Of a stretch of 47,832 bases of DNA, positions 36,393 through 46,091 are shown one piece after another. Both the position numbers and the translations under genes were made by a program. Source of the DNA: a virus (Duplodnaviria > Caudoviricetes). Location of the stretch: positions 1 through 47,832 of IMG/VR virus record IMGVR_UViG_3300044558_000057; one strand, 5' to 3'. The notes under the pieces were generated by a model. The model was not told the origin of the DNA. It saw only the letters and a program-made list of their open reading frames with translations, and made no database searches. Position 1 is the stretch's first letter; the number at the start of each line of letters is the position of its first letter.

Positions 36393-39242
36393 TCAATCAT
36401 CCAGTTCCTTCATCGTCCCGAATGTCCTGCCAGCCGATGCCTCTGCCACAAGCGGCAGGTCGAACTCGGGGAACGGCTTAGGCTCCATACAGCTCTTGAT
36501 ATAGTCCACCGCCTCCCGCAGCCTGTCCTCCGGGATTATAAAAGTCAGCTCATCATGGATCTGCAGGATCGGTTTGAGCCACGGCCTTTCCTGCAAACCG
36601 GCAAGGATTCTCGCACATCCCATCTTCAGAATATCCGCTGCGGTTCCCTGTATCGGGGTGTTCATGGCGCACCGCTCAGCAAATGACTTCTTGCCCCAGT
36701 CATCACTGTTAATATTCGGAAGGTACCTGCGCCGCCCAAGCCACGTCTCTGTATACAGTTTCCGCGATGCCAGCACTTTTACTTCATCCTGCCATACGGA
36801 CAGGCCCGGATATCCAGCCTTCAGATTTTCGATCATAGCGGCGCACTCCTCATAGGATTTCTCAACGCCTGCCTTAAATTTCAGTGTTCGCTGCAGCCCT
36901 CGCGGAAATAAGCCGTAGAACACACCGAAATTTACATTTTTTGCAATCGTCCGGTGTTCCTTGTAGTTAGGTGAATTCTTGTCATGCGCCTGCTCATACG
37001 GGACGCCGAACACGATGGATGTCGTCTTCGCATGCAGGTCCTGTCCTTCGAGGTAGACCTTCTTCATAGTATCGTCGCCGACCTGCCCAAGGTAAAAAGC
37101 GCCGACGCGAAGTTCAATCTGGCTGTAATCACAGCTGATAATCAGGCAGTGATCCGGAGCTTTGATGAAGTTCCGCACACCAATCGGGTCATTCGTTTTT
37201 CTCGGACAGTTGCCTGTGATGCATATCTGCCCGCCGCGTCTTACCATGATATAGCCGCTCGGAACGCTTACGCAGTAAACATTACCTCTGTACGGTTCAT
37301 GGGTTTTACTGACGTTTGTGGTTAAACTGTAATTCTTATCGATGACATCAAGCTGCCAGTTCAGTTTTGCATTGGGATTTCCATTATCGTAGCTTCTCAT
37401 ATGCGCCCTCATGCCGTTAAGTGCATAGAGGATCTGCATCCAGTCAGAATTTTCCCTGACGGAAGAACTGTAATTTTCACCTCGCGTGAAGCATCCATCC
37501 CAATGGGAAAGCTCATGCAGAATGTCCTGAACCGTTTCCTTATCAAAATCCATGACCCACGATCCCCACTTCTTCTCGTCCCCAAGGAGTGAGATGATTC
37601 TTCCTGTTATCTCTCCCTTGAAGATTCTTATATGAACTTCGCCGTTCTTCTTTTGCGTATCAGAATACCTGATATCATTTCTTTTCAGGACATCAATCAG
37701 CCTTCTGTACTTTCTCGCCTTCATGAAGCTGAATTCTATGCCGCCATCATGATAATATCCGTCGGCCTGTGTAGCTGTCAGAAGAACGACCTCGTCATGA
37801 CAGAGATGAATATTTCCGAATTCATATTCTCCCGCATGAATCTGCTTATGGTCTTCCGGGTATTCTTCCGCACTTACGACTTCAAATTTTCCTGTTCTCC
37901 TGTTCTGAATCAGGCATCTGTGGTCCTGAGTCATGCGTAGATCTATATGCTGATTTTTCAGGTGTACGAGTTCGCCATCATAGCTGTGGCATATACGATC
38001 AAGCGGTCTTACGAATGATATTTTTCCGTTCTCTTCCCATTGAGCTACAACATCGTCCTCCCGTAAATCTTTGAAAAGAATGAATCCGCGCTTTGTAAGG
38101 ATCTCGGTCTTATCATCGAAGCAGTTCTGCATGTTGGGCGCCTTGCAATTCATCCTTCCGGTCTCTGTCGACAGGGCGTAGAAACTCGGGTGGATCCTGC
38201 CGGTCGCAGGGTTAATGTGCTTCATGTAGCCGGTAATGTAAGTGCTCATGATCTTGCCCCATTTCCGGTACTGTTCCACCAGCGTGAAGAGCTCAGACAA
38301 CTCGGGCCTGTTCCGGTCGCACCACTCCCGCAGCATCTGCATCGACTGGTCATCCGCTGCCGCACGATCCGTGCCGGTAGTCTTCATGACCGGGAGCCCA
38401 AGGTCATGGTACAGGTAGTTCTTGAAAGCCATGGTGCTGCAGTTGCTGCCGATATTCACATCACCGATTATGAACGCTATTTTCTCGCGGAGCGAAGCCA
38501 TCTCCTTCTCCGCTTCCTCTTTCCGTTGCTCCATCAGTTCCCGGTCAATCGGCACACCGTTATATTTCATCAGTCCAAGGTACACCGCTGTCGGTGATTC
38601 AATATTCCTGACAATCCATTCATGCTTCGGCAGGTACTGCCTGAACCATTGATTAAAAAGATAATACAGCTGGATCGTGTAATCGGAATCAGCGCAGCTG
38701 TACTGCACCACCCTCGGATCCTGCGCATCCAGCTCATCAAACGGCCTGCCCCCGGACACTTCCTCGAAAGTATGGACGTCCTCATGCAGGAGATGCTGCG
38801 CCAGATTCTTAAGGCCCGAATCCTGCAGCTTCCTGAATTCAAAATTGCTCTTGAGCGTCATCTGGCTGGCGCAGATCGTGTCATATACCGGTGCCTGTAT
38901 CACGATTCCCTGAGCATATGTAAATGCTGACTCAAAAGCGAGGTTGTGGCAGACCTTCACCTTAGTCCGGTCCTGCGCAAATTCCTTATGAATTTTCCAG
39001 AAAGCATCCGGATCCATATTTCTTCCGGTTAAGTGGGCAATCGGAACAGAGATTCCTTCATGCGGCGCCCTGCTATAACTGCAATCGCTTACATGGGCCT
39101 TGTGCGGATCCAGCGCAGCTTTTGGATCATCGCGCCATTCGTGGTTTGCTGCAGTTTCATAATCCCATGCATAAGGTCCCGGTCCGGACAGGTAAGATGC
39201 CAGTTCTTCCGGGTCCGTCACGCTTTTATAATTCTTTTCCAT
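36393..39242 (-). CDS. polA: Family A DNA polymerase with 3'-5' exonuclease, interrupted by an intein
   Basis: WDYET, TETGRM, CDYSQIELRV (motif A), RTIAKNVNFGVFYG (B), QIHDEL (C). Confidence 0.95.
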   Translation of the reverse strand: MEKNYKSVTDPEELASYLSGPGPYAWDYETAANHEWRDDPKAALDPHKAHVSDCSYSRAPHEGISVPIAHLTGRNMDPDAFWKIHKEFAQDRTKVKVCHNLAFESAFTYAQGIVIQAPVYDTICASQMTLKSNFEFRKLQDSGLKNLAQHLLHEDVHTFEEVSGGRPFDELDAQDPRVVQYSCADSDYTIQLYYLFNQWFRQYLPKHEWIVRNIESPTAVYLGLMKYNGVPIDRELMEQRKEEAEKEMASLREKIAFIIGDVNIGSNCSTMAFKNYLYHDLGLPVMKTTGTDRAAADDQSMQMLREWCDRNRPELSELFTLVEQYRKWGKIMSTYITGYMKHINPATGRIHPSFYALSTETGRMNCKAPNMQNCFDDKTEILTKRGFILFKDLREDDVVAQWEENGKISFVRPLDRICHSYDGELVHLKNQHIDLRMTQDHRCLIQNRRTGKFEVVSAEEYPEDHKQIHAGEYEFGNIHLCHDEVVLLTATQADGYYHDGGIEFSFMKARKYRRLIDVLKRNDIRYSDTQKKNGEVHIRIFKGEITGRIISLLGDEKKWGSWVMDFDKETVQDILHELSHWDGCFTRGENYSSSVRENSDWMQILYALNGMRAHMRSYDNGNPNAKLNWQLDVIDKNYSLTTNVSKTHEPYRGNVYCVSVPSGYIMVRRGGQICITGNCPRKTNDPIGVRNFIKAPDHCLIISCDYSQIELRVGAFYLGQVGDDTMKKVYLEGQDLHAKTTSIVFGVPYEQAHDKNSPNYKEHRTIAKNVNFGVFYGLFPRGLQRTLKFKAGVEKSYEECAAMIENLKAGYPGLSVWQDEVKVLASRKLYTETWLGRRRYLPNINSDDWGKKSFAERCAMNTPIQGTAADILKMGCARILAGLQERPWLKPILQIHDELTFIIPEDRLREAVDYIKSCMEPKPFPEFDLPLVAEASAGRTFGTMKELDD
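37209..38123 (-). mobile_element. Intein (305 aa) with LAGLIDADG-type endonuclease region
   Basis: PNMQN|CFDDKTEILT...MTQDHR...TQADG...HWDG...VYCVSVPSG...ITGN|CPRK. Confidence 0.92.
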
Positions 39243-39262
39243 ATCTTTTCTCCTTGCAGAAA

Positions 39263-39293
39263 TGCCGGGAGAAAGCCTGCTGCCTTCTCCCGG
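39263..39293. terminator. Hairpin upstream of polymerase
   Basis: GCCGGGAGAA...TTCTCCCGGC. Confidence 0.4.
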
Positions 39294-39316
39294 CTCGATA
39301 ACCAGATCCCGACCAA

Positions 39317-40078
39317 TTATTTCAACGGCTGGATCTCTTCTCCAGTTTCCGGATCAATAAACGGAACATTGCTATCTGCAGGCGACACGACATCCGTTAG
39401 TGCATCCACGGTCAGCTGAGTACTGTACTCTTTTGCCTGCTGAACCAGAGGTGCCACGGCAGCCTGCTCTTCACTGGTCAGGGGCCGTACATATGTAAAT
39501 ACCGCCTGCGAGAATACAATCCCGGATGCACTGGTTGCCTTCTTCAGGGAGAGCTTTGTCACGATCTGCGAGAGCTTCCTTCCCTTGGTAAGCTGGCGCT
39601 TCACGTACTTCGTGAACTCCTTCAGGCTCCCGGTCGGAAGGGAAAGTACCATCGGGAACAGTTCGTTCTCCGGAAGGATGTAAATCTGGCGCCGGTTCTT
39701 GCAGAGCTTGCTCTGGCCCTCTCCGCTCCCGAACTGGTTATACGGGCAGGTAGCGCATGCACCTCCCGGGATACCCACGCCGGTGATCCCGTCAAAGCTG
39801 CCGCAGTCCGGAGGATTGGAGCCACCGGAGAATTTCTCCCTGTAGTATGCGTATGCGGGGTGGTGGAAAAGGATCACACCGGTGATCTCCTTAACCATTT
39901 CGGAATCATCCCCGTCTCCCGGGATCTCGAATGCCGTGGATCCCCCGGACGGAATTTTGATCCTGTCGGGTGTGATGGTGAGACCGTTCAGGTCCTCATC
40001 TATCAGACCTTCCATGTTCTGTGTGCTGAGCGCAGCGAACCCGCTCGTCTTCATAACTTCGTTCTTTTCTTCAGACAT
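39317..40078 (-). CDS. Replication-module protein, possible ssDNA-binding protein
   Basis: RIKIPSGG, PPDCGSFDG, CATCPYNQFGS, acidic tail DPETGEE; adjacent to polA. Confidence 0.65.
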   Translation of the reverse strand: MSEEKNEVMKTSGFAALSTQNMEGLIDEDLNGLTITPDRIKIPSGGSTAFEIPGDGDDSEMVKEITGVILFHHPAYAYYREKFSGGSNPPDCGSFDGITGVGIPGGACATCPYNQFGSGEGQSKLCKNRRQIYILPENELFPMVLSLPTGSLKEFTKYVKRQLTKGRKLSQIVTKLSLKKATSASGIVFSQAVFTYVRPLTSEEQAAVAPLVQQAKEYSTQLTVDALTDVVSPADSNVPFIDPETGEEIQPLK

Positions 40079-40126
40079 ATCCTGTCCTCCTGTAATAATG
40101 AAAGTAGTAGGAAGCACCATGCCTCC

Positions 40127-40150
40127 TACTACAAGCCCAAAAGAACAACC
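40127..40150 (-). promoter_or_regulatory. 24-bp phage motif, copy 5 of 7
   Basis: TACTACAAGCCCAAAAGAACAACC. Confidence 0.75.
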
Positions 40151-40157
40151 ACGCCGC

Positions 40158-40568
40158 TCAGCTCTTCCGGATGCCGACTGTAACCTTGTCAAAAGTGTTC
40201 ACGACATCCCTGAGCCAATCCGGGAGCTCGTCATTGTTTGCAGCCAGCTGCTCCTTGCAGAATGATGCCAGCGTATTGGCATTCACCGTCTCAACAACAA
40301 TGGACCCGTACCCGTTGTCCTTCAGCGCCTTCATTAGGGCATCCTTCCTGCCGGCCTGCGGGGAAGCAAACAACCGGCTGTTCAGGTAGAACGTGGATCC
40401 GTTTCGGGAAAACTTATCGACATCCGCGTCTGCCATTGCATCCGAGAGCGCCGTATCCAGAGAATCAATCTCCCCGTTCAGCTCTTTCACCTGCGCTTCG
40501 AGCTCCTTCTTGCGATCCTTTGCTGTCTTCAGTTTGTCTGCGAGTTCAAAAATCTGCTCCTGTTCCAT
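40158..40568 (-). CDS. Coiled-coil phage replication-module protein
   Basis: N-terminal coiled coil, ETVNANTLASF; AGGAGG RBS. Confidence 0.8.
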   Translation of the reverse strand: MEQEQIFELADKLKTAKDRKKELEAQVKELNGEIDSLDTALSDAMADADVDKFSRNGSTFYLNSRLFASPQAGRKDALMKALKDNGYGSIVVETVNANTLASFCKEQLAANNDELPDWLRDVVNTFDKVTVGIRKS

Positions 40569-40584
40569 AATAAAAATCCTCCTA

Positions 40585-40608
40585 TACTACAAGCCCAAAA
40601 GAACAACT
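40585..40608 (-). promoter_or_regulatory. 24-bp phage motif, copy 6 of 7
   Basis: TACTACAAGCCCAAAAGAACAACT. Confidence 0.75.
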
Positions 40609-40611
40609 ATA

Positions 40612-42063
40612 TCAGCGGAACGGGTTTGATCCCTTCCGGTAATCATCCACCAGCGTCTTGGCAAGGTTGACCTTGTCCCGGAGCGCCCGAAGGGCCTTCC
40701 TGTCAATGGTGTTCTTGCAGCAGAGGTAGACATAATGACAGTTCTCCGTCTGGGAGACGCGGTGGATCCGGGCCTTCGCCTGTTCGAAGTTAGCCATCGA
40801 ATAATCCATGGAGTAGAACACCATGACATGCGCCGCCGTGAGCGTGATACCAAGTCCTGCTGCCGCAATCTGGCCCACGAATACTTTGCAGCCGGGGTCC
40901 TTCTGGAAACGGTCGATCTGTTCCTGCCGGTCGTTCACGCCGCCCCTGATCAGGGAATACCGGATGCCTTTCTTTTGCAGCATTGCTTCAATGGCATCCA
41001 TCTCCGCGACGAAACGCACCATCACGACAACCTTGTTGTCGTCCTCCATTGCAGAATCAATGATGTCGGAGAGCGCATCCAGTTTCGCCGTCGACACCTG
41101 CATTACATTGCCATCGTCATCCGTGATGAACCCGCCGGTGAGCTGGGACAGCCGCAGGATTTTCGTGAGGATATTTACCGTCGTAACCTCCGAACCCTTC
41201 AGTGACGTGTAGCTCTCCATCTCGATTTCGTCATACAGTTTCCGGGCCTTCGGCTCCAGAGAAACCGTACGTACTTCTTCCGTGACAGCGGGCAGGTCAA
41301 GGCACTCCTTCTTAGTAATCCGGAACGCGATGCTGTGCAATCGGCGCAGAAAATCGTCCGTCATGCTCTCACGGAATGCCGGGGTATAACCGCCGTATCC
41401 GACCATGTCAAAGTACCTGTTCCGAAAGCTGTAAAAGCTGCTGCCGAATATCCTCGGGTCCAGCACCTTATAGGGGCTAAATACATCAATTTCCTTTCCG
41501 GTGATAATCGTGCCGGTAAGTACGAGCCGATAATCCGCATACTCGGAGATGCGCTGTATTCCTTTGCTCTGCCGGGAGTGCGGGTCCTTCAGCCGATGGG
41601 CCTCATCACAGCACAGGAGCTGCGGCGCAAATTCTGTCAGCTCCTTCTCCAGCCTCCATGCGCTCTCGTAATTCACGGCAAGGATCTCCAGATCATCAGC
41701 CGCCTTTGCCGCTTTTACCTGCTGCCTTTTTTTCTCCATCGTCCCCGACAATACGGTCATGTGGTACGGATATGCTGCAAAGCGCTCCAGCTCCGATTCC
41801 CATGTGCCAAGGACGGAAAGCGGCGCGACAATCAGCACCCTGTTCACTTTTCCGAACTGGTACAGTATCCCGGTGATCCCGATGGCTATGAAACTTTTCC
41901 CGCAGCCCATCTCCGCAAGGATGGCGCAGCCCGGGGATTTCCTCCGGTTATCCGTGAGGCCGAACAAATCGCAGGCAAAATCGAATGCGGCCTGCTGGTG
42001 TGCATACGGTCGTCCTTTGACCGGCATCGGCAGGTAATGATATGAAGGTGGCGTTTTTTCCAT
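40612..42063 (-). CDS. SNF2-family helicase
   Basis: EMGCGKS, DEAH, LTGT, GLGITLTAA, QAKARIHR. Confidence 0.92.
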   Translation of the reverse strand: MEKTPPSYHYLPMPVKGRPYAHQQAAFDFACDLFGLTDNRRKSPGCAILAEMGCGKSFIAIGITGILYQFGKVNRVLIVAPLSVLGTWESELERFAAYPYHMTVLSGTMEKKRQQVKAAKAADDLEILAVNYESAWRLEKELTEFAPQLLCCDEAHRLKDPHSRQSKGIQRISEYADYRLVLTGTIITGKEIDVFSPYKVLDPRIFGSSFYSFRNRYFDMVGYGGYTPAFRESMTDDFLRRLHSIAFRITKKECLDLPAVTEEVRTVSLEPKARKLYDEIEMESYTSLKGSEVTTVNILTKILRLSQLTGGFITDDDGNVMQVSTAKLDALSDIIDSAMEDDNKVVVMVRFVAEMDAIEAMLQKKGIRYSLIRGGVNDRQEQIDRFQKDPGCKVFVGQIAAAGLGITLTAAHVMVFYSMDYSMANFEQAKARIHRVSQTENCHYVYLCCKNTIDRKALRALRDKVNLAKTLVDDYRKGSNPFR

Positions 42064-42132
42064 ACTCTGCTCCTTTGAATCATTGATTCCCGCAGGCACT
42101 ATGCCAACAGGAAAGGAGGCTGTTGTCCTCCC

Positions 42133-42156
42133 TACTACAAGGCGAAAACAACAACC
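42133..42156 (-). promoter_or_regulatory. 24-bp phage motif, copy 7 of 7
   Basis: TACTACAAGGCGAAAACAACAACC, just downstream of the sigma-like gene. Confidence 0.75.
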
Positions 42157-42173
42157 TCCCCGGCGATTTCTGA

Positions 42174-42842
42174 TTAATCGTCCTTCTTCCTCTTTCCGCG
42201 AGTCTTCGGCATCTCCACCCCAAGGTCGTCACAGAAGATCTTCATAGTCTTCCTCCACTGCTTGGATACCGCCTGCTGCGTGATATTCTTCCCGGTCACG
42301 CTGATTTTCTCCTTCCGGATATCCTCGAGGTACATCTGCTGCCCGACATGGTCGTAGTAAAGGTTCCGCTGCTCCTCCGTAAGATGCGTCACCTTCGTCT
42401 GCTCAATCTGCTGGATACGGGGATCCTTCTTTTCGGGTTCTGTAAAAAGAATGGTCTCAGGCTCCGTATTCCTTTCCGGGATGTCTTCCATTGGATTCCC
42501 ACTCTGGCCATCGTCGGCAACGGAATCATCATCTTCCATTGCCTGATTGGCTTGTTTCTTGTTTTCCGTAGTGAGATCCCGATGTTCTGCTTCATACCGA
42601 TTCTGCAGGTCGACTGCTGCATCATCCTCATCGAGGAGCTTTACCCATTTGCCCATTTCAGCCGGGATACGGGCGACTTCACGGAGAGCCCATTTCGGGT
42701 ACTTGTCGGTCCCCAGATTTACCCATTCGTTAAAGACATAGTCCCCTGTTTTCGGGTCAACGAACGCTGTCCGGTTCTGGTCGAACTTGGACTTCTTCTC
42801 AATCCTGTCATCTGCAGCATTGCCGATATCATGCTTTGCCAT
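42174..42842 (-). CDS. Sigma-70 region-4-like DNA-binding regulator
   Basis: C-terminal LTEEQRNLY...LEDI...ITQQAVSKQWRK HTH; first gene of replication module. Confidence 0.6.
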   Translation of the reverse strand: MAKHDIGNAADDRIEKKSKFDQNRTAFVDPKTGDYVFNEWVNLGTDKYPKWALREVARIPAEMGKWVKLLDEDDAAVDLQNRYEAEHRDLTTENKKQANQAMEDDDSVADDGQSGNPMEDIPERNTEPETILFTEPEKKDPRIQQIEQTKVTHLTEEQRNLYYDHVGQQMYLEDIRKEKISVTGKNITQQAVSKQWRKTMKIFCDDLGVEMPKTRGKRKKDD

Positions 42843-43278
42843 TTTGTGTCCTTTCCGCTGGTGCAGGCGGCAGGACACATAAGGAACCGGCAGATCACTC
42901 CACCGGTTCCGCAGCAAAAAAGGGTGCGACGAACAGACGGTGGACACATCCGGAATTCACTACGGCCATCGCCGTAGTGAAAATTCCTTCTGTATCCCGC
43001 CGCCGTGTGTGCACCCATAGCTTTGAGATAATTTGTTTTTGAGTTACTACCTGTAGTTGTGCATATGTATCGTTTTTGGCGGTGAGCGCTCCATGCAAAC
43101 TCCTTTCCGTGCCATTGCGAGATTCTTTTCTGTAAATAAATATGTCAGAATTTATCCCTACACAGAAAAAGCCGGGATAAACCACAACCAGTGATCACAA
43201 ATGGATCACCTGTCATGGTTTACCCCGGCTCAGCGGTGGCTTACTTACGGCCCCTATGTCTCGGTGGTAATACCTTGA

Positions 43279-43485
43279 TTATTCTGTTGTCCTGAACCGC
43301 ATAGATAAGCCGCGCTTCGGCTTGCTTGGTATCGCAACCATCTGGTCATAATCGAACACCAAATATTTCTTGCACCTGCACTGTGTGCTTGCCCGTCCAT
43401 GTGCGCCAAATTCCACGAATGTTTTTGCACCACAGAACGGGCAAACGATAACGCCTTTGTAATTATCCGTTTCCTGATTTACCAT
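43279..43485 (-). CDS. Small Cys-rich zinc-ribbon protein
   Basis: CPFCG...QCRCKK; GGAGGT RBS. Confidence 0.7.
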   Translation of the reverse strand: MVNQETDNYKGVIVCPFCGAKTFVEFGAHGRASTQCRCKKYLVFDYDQMVAIPSKPKRGLSMRFRTTE

Positions 43486-43508
43486 ATAAACCTCCGGAAT
43501 CTAATGCT

Positions 43509-43528
43509 TGTTCGCTGTCATGCGAACT
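43509..43528. promoter_or_regulatory. Palindromic operator, copy 1 of 3
   Basis: TGTTCGC-TGTCAT-GCGAACT. Confidence 0.7.
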
Positions 43529-43573
43529 TAATGTCCAAAATGATGGGCCCGCCCGAAAGCGGACCCGGGGTTG

Positions 43574-44658
43574 CTATTGGAGATAATCCCATACTTCCAG
43601 CTGATGGGTATCCTTGCGCCATTTCCTGATATATTCATCCATTTTTTCTTTTGGAATCGTCTTTTTAGGTTTCTTTTTCCATTCCTCGTCCTCTTTCTTC
43701 ATCTGCTCCAAAAATGCTTTACGCTGCGCTATAGCCTGCTGCATTACGTTCTCAGGGCTTTCTTGAATCCTCGGGAAATCATCCGGAATCGTTTCCAGCG
43801 TTCTGCCAAACAGGGACTGTTCGGTCTCCGTTCGAATTTCTTTCATACGCTCCTCGATATGCTTTAATTCGGCATGCACTTTTTTACAAACCCCTTGGGA
43901 TCTTGTGACAGTTCTCGTTTGCGGTCCATTAATTTCACATACTCCGGATTCTTCCTGAGTTTGTCCTCAACCCTGTCCTCTTGGCTCCAGCGTAATTCTG
44001 TCGTGGTATCCTCCTCATACATTATTTCGTATTCCCGGTCATAGATGTCAAACCGGACATTATCATATTCACGCCAGACGCCATCAATATCAGAAGTACA
44101 CTCAAATATTTTACGTAGCGCATAGTTTCCCTTCTGGAAGGCATCCTCGTAATCAATATAATCGCGGAACCGTTTTTCTTTTACTATCTCACGAGAGAGT
44201 TCAGCGATTCTGTCCAGTGCTTCCTTCTTCTGCACCCTCAAGGAGTACTGCGTCACCATCTCCATAGACTCAATCTGGCTGACAAGCGTCTTCCGTTCAT
44301 GCCCTAGGTCAAAAAGCAGCTTTGTGAAGCGCTCAATCAGGTATTTGATCGTAGGAAGCGGGACATCCCTGAAGTCCCTCCTGCGGATATTTTGATAATC
44401 CGGGCTGCAATAATTCCGGACGACCTCCACAACAAAAGGGATGTCATCCTCCCCGACCACAAGGGGCGTCTGGTCCGTAATCCGGTCATAGTCCTTACAA
44501 ATGTCCACACCTGCGTGGTTGCGCAACAGCTTTGTGTCAACACCTAACGCTTCCGCGACCTCCGTGTACTTCGAACGTACGTCGCCTTCTTTGATCAGGT
44601 CAGTCCCCTCAGCCGCCTTGTAAGCCGTAATAACAGCATCAAAGTTTTTTATTTCCAT
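43574..44658 (-). CDS. Hypothetical protein split into two frames at A AAA AAG (43879-43885); programmed frameshift or pseudogene
   Basis: ORF 43864-44658 ends just after the slippery site; -1 frame continues VHAELKHIEERMK to 43574 without its own RBS. Confidence 0.6.
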
Positions 44659-44749
44659 TGACTTGCCCTCCACAATATCTTGATGTCAGCATAGTACCAT
44701 AGCATGTATTTAGTAGATACACCGATTCATACTGTGCCCTCTTGGGGTG

Positions 44750-44769
44750 TGTTCGCTATTTTGCGAACG
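44750..44769. promoter_or_regulatory. Palindromic operator, copy 2 of 3
   Basis: TGTTCGC-TATTTT-GCGAACG. Confidence 0.7.
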
Positions 44770-44812
44770 ACGAGTGTAAAAATATACGGACCCGTAATCG
44801 GGTCCGCTACGT

Positions 44813-45613
44813 TCAGATCAAACCCTGCTCCATGCCCCATTCAATTTGCGAATCAAGTGCCCTGTCCCCGACAAGACACCCCGCCTCTGTATAACCAAGG
44901 TCCTGAAGACGGTAAACCGATGACTCATGGGATACGTTAAAAACCTTTTCAATCTCGTCTGCCAATCGATGGATCATGCGGGGATCACGCCCGTACATCA
45001 TTCGCTCCTGACGGTAAAGTTCCGCTACCATTGAATGCGGCATCAAGATCGCCGCTGAAAAATAATTTGCCTGCCATTCCAGCGTATTACGGTCATCCCA
45101 GACTTTTGATTTTGCTCCCAGTTTGTACATATCCTCCCGACAAACAATAAAGGACGGCTTCTGGGGCCCCATATCCATGAACATATCCAAAGTCATCTGG
45201 TTCGGATCAATGGTGAAATACTGCGGATGAAGGTAAAGATGCCCGCACTCATGTCCCATAGTGAAACGGTAGCGGTGTTCCTGTCCTCTTTCCAATAGGC
45301 CCGTATCTATAATTATCGTACGGGCCTTCTCACTGACATAATCCGCTTGACCTTTTTCCGGATTAAAAACTACAACCCTGTCACTGTCATTGAATACAGT
45401 CATTCCCAGATAGATACCGTTGTGTGACAGGTATTGGAAATCTTGGTCCGCTTTCAGGTACTCTTGCGCAAACAGGTCAATATCAATCTCCTGCGGGTGT
45501 TTGATCCATTCGGGATTGTAATCAGCCAGCAAGTTCTCAGCAATATCGTCGATCTCATCTTTGCTGAGGACGGGTATCCCGGACTTCTTCCTGCGTATTT
45601 GCGGCTTGTACAT
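44813..45613 (-). CDS. ImmA/IrrE-family metallo-endopeptidase (anti-repressor)
   Basis: RYRFTMGHECGH (HExxH), EWQANYFSAAILMP. Confidence 0.92.
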   Translation of the reverse strand: MYKPQIRRKKSGIPVLSKDEIDDIAENLLADYNPEWIKHPQEIDIDLFAQEYLKADQDFQYLSHNGIYLGMTVFNDSDRVVVFNPEKGQADYVSEKARTIIIDTGLLERGQEHRYRFTMGHECGHLYLHPQYFTIDPNQMTLDMFMDMGPQKPSFIVCREDMYKLGAKSKVWDDRNTLEWQANYFSAAILMPHSMVAELYRQERMMYGRDPRMIHRLADEIEKVFNVSHESSVYRLQDLGYTEAGCLVGDRALDSQIEWGMEQGLI

Positions 45614-45623
45614 TGATGGTGCT

Positions 45624-45992
45624 TTACCCCTTTCGCCTTTTCAATTCATCTACAAATTTCTGCCAATCTTCCTCGCTGGCGTCGAGGTCCCGAGCAGTCC
45701 TCAGCGCTGCGCTGACATAAGCGCGGGGTTTAACATAACTCTGGACATCGGGAGGGACGGTATCCCTCTTTTCCCCGACAAGGTCCATCATCTGGGAACG
45801 CTCATCCTCGCTCAAATGGAAGATCTCTGATATTCTTTCCAGTTTGTCCTGATCAAAAGGATTTCTCCTGTCTTTCTCAACGTCTGTCAGGAAAGCAGCG
45901 GATATACCCAGTAGATCTGCCATTTTACGCAGGGTGAGATTGTGTTCTTTCCTCTTTGAACTTAAAAATTCTCCAAAGTTCTTATATTCCAT
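45624..45992 (-). CDS. XRE-family HTH repressor (ImmR-like)
   Basis: FGEFLSSKRKEHNLTLRKMADLLGISAAFLTDVEKDRRNP; upstream of ImmA-like gene. Confidence 0.92.
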   Translation of the reverse strand: MEYKNFGEFLSSKRKEHNLTLRKMADLLGISAAFLTDVEKDRRNPFDQDKLERISEIFHLSEDERSQMMDLVGEKRDTVPPDVQSYVKPRAYVSAALRTARDLDASEEDWQKFVDELKRRKG

Positions 45993-46043
45993 GATCTCAC
46001 CTTTTTCCCATTATTACATTTTTACATTTTTTACTTAGTTGCA

Positions 46044-46063
46044 TGTTCGCTGCCATGCGAACA
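46044..46063. promoter_or_regulatory. Palindromic operator, copy 3 of 3, over the repressor transcription start
   Basis: TGTTCGC-TGCCAT-GCGAACA. Confidence 0.75.
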
Positions 46064-46091
46064 ATATAGCAAAAATAAAAAGGCTTGTCAA
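46063..46091 (-). promoter_or_regulatory. SigA promoter of repressor operon
   Basis: TTGACA-17 bp-TATATT with TG extended -10. Confidence 0.8.

Noticed and set aside
43509-46063. Palindromes as LexA/SOS boxes
   Set aside because: The Firmicutes box is GAAC-N4-GTTC; these have reversed half-site order and different spacing
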